DNA of 11,708 nucleotides from Kofleriaceae bacterium (GTDB lineage Bacteria; Myxococcota_A; Polyangia; Haliangiales; Haliangiaceae): NCBI GenBank assembly GCA_050248555.1, contig JBFWSC010000003.1, positions 14,016 to 25,723 of the forward strand, read 5' to 3'. Shown piece by piece: positions 7,813 to 11,708 of this stretch (position 1 is its first letter; each line of letters starts with the position of its first letter). The notes under the pieces were generated by a model. It saw only the letters and a program-made list of their open reading frames with translations, ran no database searches and was not told where the DNA came from. The position numbers and the translations under genes were made by a program.

Positions 7813-9092
7813 TGGCGTTTCTCGACGACGGCGAAGCCATTGCCGTTCTTCACCGCGCGACGTAGCACCGCGAGAAAGCGCGCGACCGGATCCTTCGCGA
7901 CCGATTTCGGTGGATCGATGGCGAATGGCCACTCGGACTTCATGTGCCGATCGAGTAGCGCCACGAGCTTCGCAGAACCGCCATGCGTCTTCTCGAGCGC
8001 GTCGAATGCAGCGAGCAGCGCGCGCGCTTCGGTGGGCGAATAGAGATCGTCGTCCGTTCGGGACGCTGCGGGGAGCAACTCCAGCAACCGCCGGATGCTC
8101 TCGAGATCGCCGACGACTTGCGACTCCTCTTCGGTGACGACGACGTCATCGCTCAGGGCCACATCGATGGCCTGGAGCCGAAACTCGATCTTCTGGGCCT
8201 GCGCACTCCGGCGTGCGTTCTCGATCTCGTCGGCCGGTGCTTCGATGATTCGCAGTACGAGCGGAGTTCCTGCACGCGGGCCTAACCGGCGCTTCTTCGC
8301 GCGATTCTCTTCGACGAACGCATCCAGGCGTCGCATCGACTCTTCCGGGCTGACCACCTCGGGCTCGGGCTCGGGCAGCGGCTCCTCCTCGATGACCCAG
8401 AGGCCATCGCCCTCTCTCGCCTGGGTCAGGAGCTCGACGAGCTCGTCCTCGATCGGCCCTCGTCGCGACTTCTTGATCTTCGCCAACGTCGCCTCGACCG
8501 CCTCGCGAAGCTCGACCGGCGACCGTCCGTCAATCGCCTTGCCGGTCACGTCCTCCACCCGCTCCGTGAACGACTCCCACATAGCCCGCGCGCCATCGAC
8601 CTGGAGGTGGCGCGAGGCCGTCGCGCGCGTGCGAAGCTCGGGCTCCGAGGTGCGTGCCGGAGCGAGGTACATGCCGAGGCGCGCCAGCACGGGGCGTGGC
8701 GCTCGAGGCTCCTCTTGGAGCCAGAATCCTGCCGTCGCGTCGACGGGCTCGCGCAAGAACTCGGCGACCGCGGTGAAGAACGGCGTCCGCCTCGCGGCCG
8801 GCAGCGTCGAGAGCGCAGCCGTTGTGGCCTCGCGGCGCGCACGCGTCGACAGATCGTCCCAGCGCTTCTTCGTCGCGCGACTCACCAGCTCGACGACTGA
8901 GGTGATCGAGTCGGACCGTCCCGGGACCACGCGCGTCGCGATCGCCATGCGCGCGAGCCGCGCGAAGAGCTCGGCCTCGATCGCGTGGTGGTCCTCTCCG
9001 CTTCGCAGCGCCTCGAATGCTCGCTCGCCGAGCGCACCGAGTTCTGTGTCGTACGCGGGTGGAACGAGAAAGAGTCCGATGCGACGCACCAC
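7809..9092 (-). CDS. hypothetical acidic protein, 427 aa, translationally coupled to the upstream DUF4157 gene; candidate partner or immunity factor
   Basis: On the minus strand the GTG start at 9092-9090 overlaps the TAG of the DUF4157 gene (9094-9092) by 1 nt. Amino-acid composition is normal for coding sequence rather than the poly-Arg of wrong-frame ORFs. It has an E/P-rich linker (EEEPLPEPEPEVVSPEE). It contains the motif MRRLDAFVEENRAKKRR, which is also present in the toxin. Its stop (CTA at 7809-7811) overlaps the stop of the convergent ATPase gene. I recognise no known domain. Confidence 0.65.
   Translation of the reverse strand: MVRRIGLFLVPPAYDTELGALGERAFEALRSGEDHHAIEAELFARLARMAIATRVVPGRSDSITSVVELVSRATKKRWDDLSTRARREATTAALSTLPAARRTPFFTAVAEFLREPVDATAGFWLQEEPRAPRPVLARLGMYLAPARTSEPELRTRATASRHLQVDGARAMWESFTERVEDVTGKAIDGRSPVELREAVEATLAKIKKSRRGPIEDELVELLTQAREGDGLWVIEEEPLPEPEPEVVSPEESMRRLDAFVEENRAKKRRLGPRAGTPLVLRIIEAPADEIENARRSAQAQKIEFRLQAIDVALSDDVVVTEEESQVVGDLESIRRLLELLPAASRTDDDLYSPTEARALLAAFDALEKTHGGSAKLVALLDRHMKSEWPFAIDPPKSVAKDPVARFLAVLRRAVKNGNGFAVVEKRH
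8286..8336. repeat. copy 1 of a ~50-nt near-repeat encoding M-R-R-L-D-A-F-V-E-E-N-R-A-K-K-R-R within the 427-aa gene
   Basis: Plus-strand text is cttcttcgcgcgattctcttcgacgaacgcatccaggcgtcgcat. Compare cgcttcgcgcggttctcctcgacgaacgcgtcgagacgagccat at 10139-10189. About 40 of 47 nt are identical and the peptide is the same. Confidence 0.8.
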
Positions 9093-11233
9093 TAGCGAAC
9101 CTTATCGATGAACTCGTCGAATGTGTCGATCGCCGAGTTGGGAACGAGCTCGACCTTCCATCCGAGATCGAGCGCCTCCTTCTCGAACGCTGCCATCGTC
9201 GTCTTGTCGAGCCCCTTGTAGCCATCCGCCGACACGAACAAGACCTTGTCGGTCACATCACTCGCACGCCTTCCCATCACGCTCGCGGTCGTGCCGAGGC
9301 CCGCGTTGTGTCGCGCGAGCTGTGCGATCGTTTCACTTCGCTTGGAGGCGTCGAGCCACGTCGTCGTGCTCCAGTGCTTGACCTCGCCAACCGCGAGCTC
9401 GCCCATGTCGCTCTGGAGCAAGAGGTCGACGCTCTTGTTGCCTCCGTAGTCGATGCCGCGGCGCATCTCCTTGATGCTCGCGCCCTTTCGTTTCTTGAAC
9501 ACCGACTTCACGAAGCTCGGTGTCTTCACGAAGCGTGCGACGCCCTCTTCGCCGAGAAAACCGACCATCTTGCTCGCGAACGAGTCGCGCGACTTCGACG
9601 CGATCTTCCGTTTCTCGATGATGTCCTCGAGTACGTTCCACGGTAGATGCGACGCTTGATCGGTGAACGCGACGATCGAGTCGGGTTTGAGCTTCCCGGA
9701 CTCGAGCTTCTTCGCGATCCACGTGACGTCGGCGGTTCCTTTGATCTGCCGATCCATCAGCTTGATGATCAGATCGCGATTCTTCGTCTTGTCGTAGATC
9801 GCCTTGAGCGCCTTGACCTGCCCGCGCTTCAGCTTCGACGCGGTCTTGAGCAGGAGCTTCGCTTCGTCGTCGATGTGCTCGAGCAGCTCGACGCCGATCT
9901 TCTCGAGCTGCTTCGATCCCTTACCGAGGGCGCCTCGAAGCTTCGCGGCGCCTTTGATCTTGTGGACCGGCGTGATCGCGAGGAGGAGATCCACCGGGCC
10001 CTCGACCGCGAACATGCTGAGAAACAGGACAAAGGGCAGCGTCGCTGCGACCGCTGCGCCCTGAATGTTCTGGCCGTACGCGTGGCGCTGTTCCTGAAGA
10101 GCTTGGACCTCCTTCTCCTCGTCGGTGGGCTCCGTCTCCACGCGTCGCTTCGCGCGGTTCTCCTCGACGAACGCGTCGAGACGAGCCATCGCGATCTCGG
10201 GCGCCGTGTCGATGAACTTCGCATCGGCTTCCTTCATCGCCGCCGCCGTCGCATTGGTGAAGGCCACGTCGATCTCGAGCATCGTCTGCGAGACCAACGA
10301 CTCGCGGCGGAAGAACATCGGCTCGATCCCATCGGCTGAGATCGGGAGCCAGGCGCCACCGCCGATGTAGCCCGTGATGCCGTAGCGGAACGAATCGATG
10401 CCTCCGTAGGCGAGCCTCAGCCAGCACCTCCGTGACGCGAGCTCCGCGGCGACGGCTCGCGCCCCGGCGTTGAAGAACGCGCCGTGCTCGCTCGACGAGT
10501 AGAAGCTCGGTGCGAGGATCTCGAGCGGATTGATGTCGATCTCGGTCGCGACCTTCCCGCGCAGCTTCGCGGCGGCGTCCCTCTCGTCCTCCCATGGCTT
10601 GCGTTCTCTCGCGCGCTTCTCGATCGCCGCGGTCGCGCCATACGTGATCGGCGGCAGCGTCGCGAGCGTTTCGCCGAGCTGCCTGAAGCGCCGGTCGTAT
10701 CGGATGAAGTTGAAGAACTGCTCGAGGATCTTGTCCTTGTTACTGAGGCGACGAAGGTACGGGTACGTCCTCAAGAGGTGATCCGTGATCTTCGTCTGGT
10801 CCTGCGAGTAGTCGGGATCCGGCATTCGGTCGAACATCGCGGGCGCGGCCGCATGCTGGACCTGCGGCATCGAGGCCGGATGCGGACCGACGGAGACTGT
10901 TCGCGCGAGCTGACGGGCTTCCAGCTCGGCACCGTCGGGGTTCGTGCTGCTCGTACCGTGCTGTTGCGCTTGCGCGACGTGCACCATCTCGTGCGCGATC
11001 AGCTCGCGCCCGCGCGCCTGATCGGGATTGTACTGACCCGCTCCGAAATAGATGTCCGACCCTATCGTCACGGCGCGCGCGCTCGTCGCCTCGGCGAGCG
11101 CCGCGGCACGAGCATCGGCGTGCACGCGAACGCGGTCGAGCGAGAACATCGCCCGCGGCGCGGACGGCGCCTGGCGCGCCGCGGTATCGGCGCTCGCGGT
11201 CACCAGCTTCGATGCGGGTCGCTGCGCCTTCAT
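9092..11233 (-). CDS. DUF4157 domain-containing multidomain protein, 713 aa: N-terminal HExxH DUF4157, a central unknown region, a hydrophobic segment, and a Lys-rich lower-GC C-terminal module with a PD-(D/E)xK-like motif; putative polymorphic toxin or effector
   Basis: The ATG at 11233-11231 is preceded by GGGGGG and lies 13 nt after the stop of the upstream ORF. Residues 28-90 (FSLDRVRVHADARAAALAEATSARAVTIGSDIYFGAGQYNPDQARGRELIAHEMVHVAQ) match the DUF4157 signature (DxxRVHxD ... G.DIxF..G.Y.P.S..G..LLAHEL.HVxQ) including HEMVH. The hydrophobic stretch AAVAATLPFVLFLSMFAVEGPVDLLLAITPV spans aa 392-420. Residues ~421-600 are very Lys-rich (KIKGAAKLRGALGKGSKQLEK...). The C-terminus carries VDLLLQSDMGELAVGEVKHW, a D ... 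ExK nuclease-like pattern. There is no N-terminal signal peptide. Confidence 0.85.
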   Translation of the reverse strand: MKAQRPASKLVTASADTAARQAPSAPRAMFSLDRVRVHADARAAALAEATSARAVTIGSDIYFGAGQYNPDQARGRELIAHEMVHVAQAQQHGTSSTNPDGAELEARQLARTVSVGPHPASMPQVQHAAAPAMFDRMPDPDYSQDQTKITDHLLRTYPYLRRLSNKDKILEQFFNFIRYDRRFRQLGETLATLPPITYGATAAIEKRARERKPWEDERDAAAKLRGKVATEIDINPLEILAPSFYSSSEHGAFFNAGARAVAAELASRRCWLRLAYGGIDSFRYGITGYIGGGAWLPISADGIEPMFFRRESLVSQTMLEIDVAFTNATAAAMKEADAKFIDTAPEIAMARLDAFVEENRAKRRVETEPTDEEKEVQALQEQRHAYGQNIQGAAVAATLPFVLFLSMFAVEGPVDLLLAITPVHKIKGAAKLRGALGKGSKQLEKIGVELLEHIDDEAKLLLKTASKLKRGQVKALKAIYDKTKNRDLIIKLMDRQIKGTADVTWIAKKLESGKLKPDSIVAFTDQASHLPWNVLEDIIEKRKIASKSRDSFASKMVGFLGEEGVARFVKTPSFVKSVFKKRKGASIKEMRRGIDYGGNKSVDLLLQSDMGELAVGEVKHWSTTTWLDASKRSETIAQLARHNAGLGTTASVMGRRASDVTDKVLFVSADGYKGLDKTTMAAFEKEALDLGWKVELVPNSAIDTFDEFIDKVR
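9100..10000 (-). other. compositionally distinct (lower GC, Lys-rich) C-terminal module of the DUF4157 protein
   Basis: By eye this stretch is ~52-58% GC against ~70% elsewhere in the window. Lys codons (AAG/AAA) dominate here, whereas the rest of the window strongly prefers Arg. High GC returns immediately in the downstream 427-aa gene. Confidence 0.6.
10139..10189. repeat. copy 2 of the near-repeat, encoding M-A-R-L-D-A-F-V-E-E-N-R-A-K-R-R-V (aa 349-365 of the DUF4157 protein)
   Basis: See copy 1. This copy lies just upstream (in protein terms) of the hydrophobic segment and the low-GC module. Confidence 0.8.
10964..11152 (-). other. DUF4157 domain (putative Zn-metallopeptidase-like HExxH, HEMVH at ~10979-10993) within the 713-aa protein
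   Basis: The domain is recognised by eye from the conserved motif string. Coordinates are computed from the residue positions. Confidence 0.75.
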
Positions 11234-11246
11234 CCGCCCCCCGACT

Positions 11247-11708
11247 CTACGGCGGATCGCTCTGGGCGCGCTTGTAGGCGCGCTCGAACAGCTCGTGCGT
11301 CGGCTCGTGCGGCACGTTGCGATCGAGCCCCGCGTAGAACGGCAGCTTCCACTCCTCGGTCGGCAGGTTCTCGCGATCGCCCTTCGTGTAGCCGCCCTTG
11401 ATGAAGATCGAGCGGCCCGCGCGCTCGCGCTTGCCCTCGACGACGAGCTTCTTCTTCACGAGCTCCGCGGACGCGGCGGCGTACTGCTTCGTCGTCCAGC
11501 CGTTCCACGTCGTCACGTTCTTCTGCGTGGGCTCGGCGAGCGCGAGCACCTGGAGATAGAGCGCGGCCGCTTCCTGCGACAGCCCTTCGGCCTTCGCGAC
11601 CTTCGCGACGAGCTTGGGCGCCGACGCGAGCGGGTTCGCTTCGAAGCCGCCCTCCGGCACCTCGGTGTCGTCGACGCGATCGGCGAGCGCCGCGAAGCCG
11701 TCGGAGAG
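11247..11708 (-). CDS. hypothetical protein, partial (N-terminus off-window), first gene of the minus-strand unit
   Basis: The track ORF runs 11660->11247, but the frame stays open to the window edge (..LSDGFAALADRVDDTEVPEGGFEANPL..). Composition is coding-like (WNGWTTKQYAAASAELVKKKLVVEGKRERAGRSIFIKGGYTKGDRENLPTEEWKLPFYAGLDRNVPHEPTHELFERAYKRAQSDPP). The stop (TAG, minus strand, 11249-11247) lies 13 nt before the DUF4157 start. I recognise no domain. Confidence 0.55.
   Translation of the reverse strand, partial: LSDGFAALADRVDDTEVPEGGFEANPLASAPKLVAKVAKAEGLSQEAAALYLQVLALAEPTQKNVTTWNGWTTKQYAAASAELVKKKLVVEGKRERAGRSIFIKGGYTKGDRENLPTEEWKLPFYAGLDRNVPHEPTHELFERAYKRAQSDPP

Noticed and set aside
9017-10339. 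Plus-strand ORFs 9017..9646 (209 aa) and 9647..10339 (230 aa) antisense to the DUF4157 gene
   Set aside because: Their Leu/Arg/Asp-rich content is the mirror image of the Lys/Glu-rich minus-strand coding sequence. They have no start context or motifs, and the minus-strand frame is continuous with the DUF4157 N-terminus.
11230-11508. 92-aa minus-strand ORF 11230..11508 overlapping the partial upstream gene
   Set aside because: It is an Arg/Ala-rich alternative frame of the same region (RRRVRGAREEEARRRGQARARG). The 11247..11708 frame has far more protein-like composition.
1-11708. eCIS structural genes (sheath, tube, baseplate, spike, Afp16/DUF4255), transposases or integrases, tRNAs, CRISPR arrays, tandem repeat arrays
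   Set aside because: I looked for these and found none. No sheath- or tube-like or IS-like translations appear in any frame, and there are no regularly spaced direct repeats. The only repeat is the ~50-nt motif duplication reported above. Apart from that duplication, no mobility signature accounts for the low-GC module inside the toxin gene.

Overview
This is a high-GC window (~70% GC) from a bacterial chromosome. Many of the long ORFs in the six-frame track are arginine-rich wrong-frame artefacts of that composition. I support seven real genes. On the + strand there are four: a hybrid sensor histidine kinase/response regulator whose 5' end probably lies off-window; a lipoprotein RND periplasmic adaptor (MFP) and a 1043-aa RND inner-membrane permease, an apparent efflux operon with no outer-membrane factor in the window; and a 605-aa AAA+ ATPase. 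The ATPase's C-terminal ATPase module (GPSGTGKT ... IGETEKRLRRIFD ... LLFDEADALFGKR ... NLEVSYLLQRME ... LRRLRFVVPFPYP) resembles, from memory, the Afp15/Pvc15-type ATPases of extracellular contractile injection system (eCIS) loci. On the - strand, converging on the ATPase with overlapping stop codons, is a tightly packed three-gene unit. Its first gene is an unknown ORF that runs off the window edge. The second is a 713-aa DUF4157 (HExxH, eCIS-toxin-marker) protein. Its C-terminal third is lysine-rich, lower in GC, and ends in a PD-(D/E)xK-like nuclease motif, a polymorphic-toxin-like architecture. The third is a 427-aa acidic hypothetical protein whose start is translationally coupled by 1 nt to the toxin gene. 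It shares a near-identical 17-aa/~50-nt motif (RLDAFVEENRAK[KR]RR) with the toxin. The window contains no eCIS sheath, tube or baseplate genes. It also has no transposase, integrase, tRNA, CRISPR array or tandem repeat array. The most interesting hypothesis is a stand-alone AAA+ ATPase / DUF4157-toxin / partner module, possibly a previously undescribed toxin-delivery or conflict system, adjacent to an unrelated sensor-kinase-linked efflux operon.
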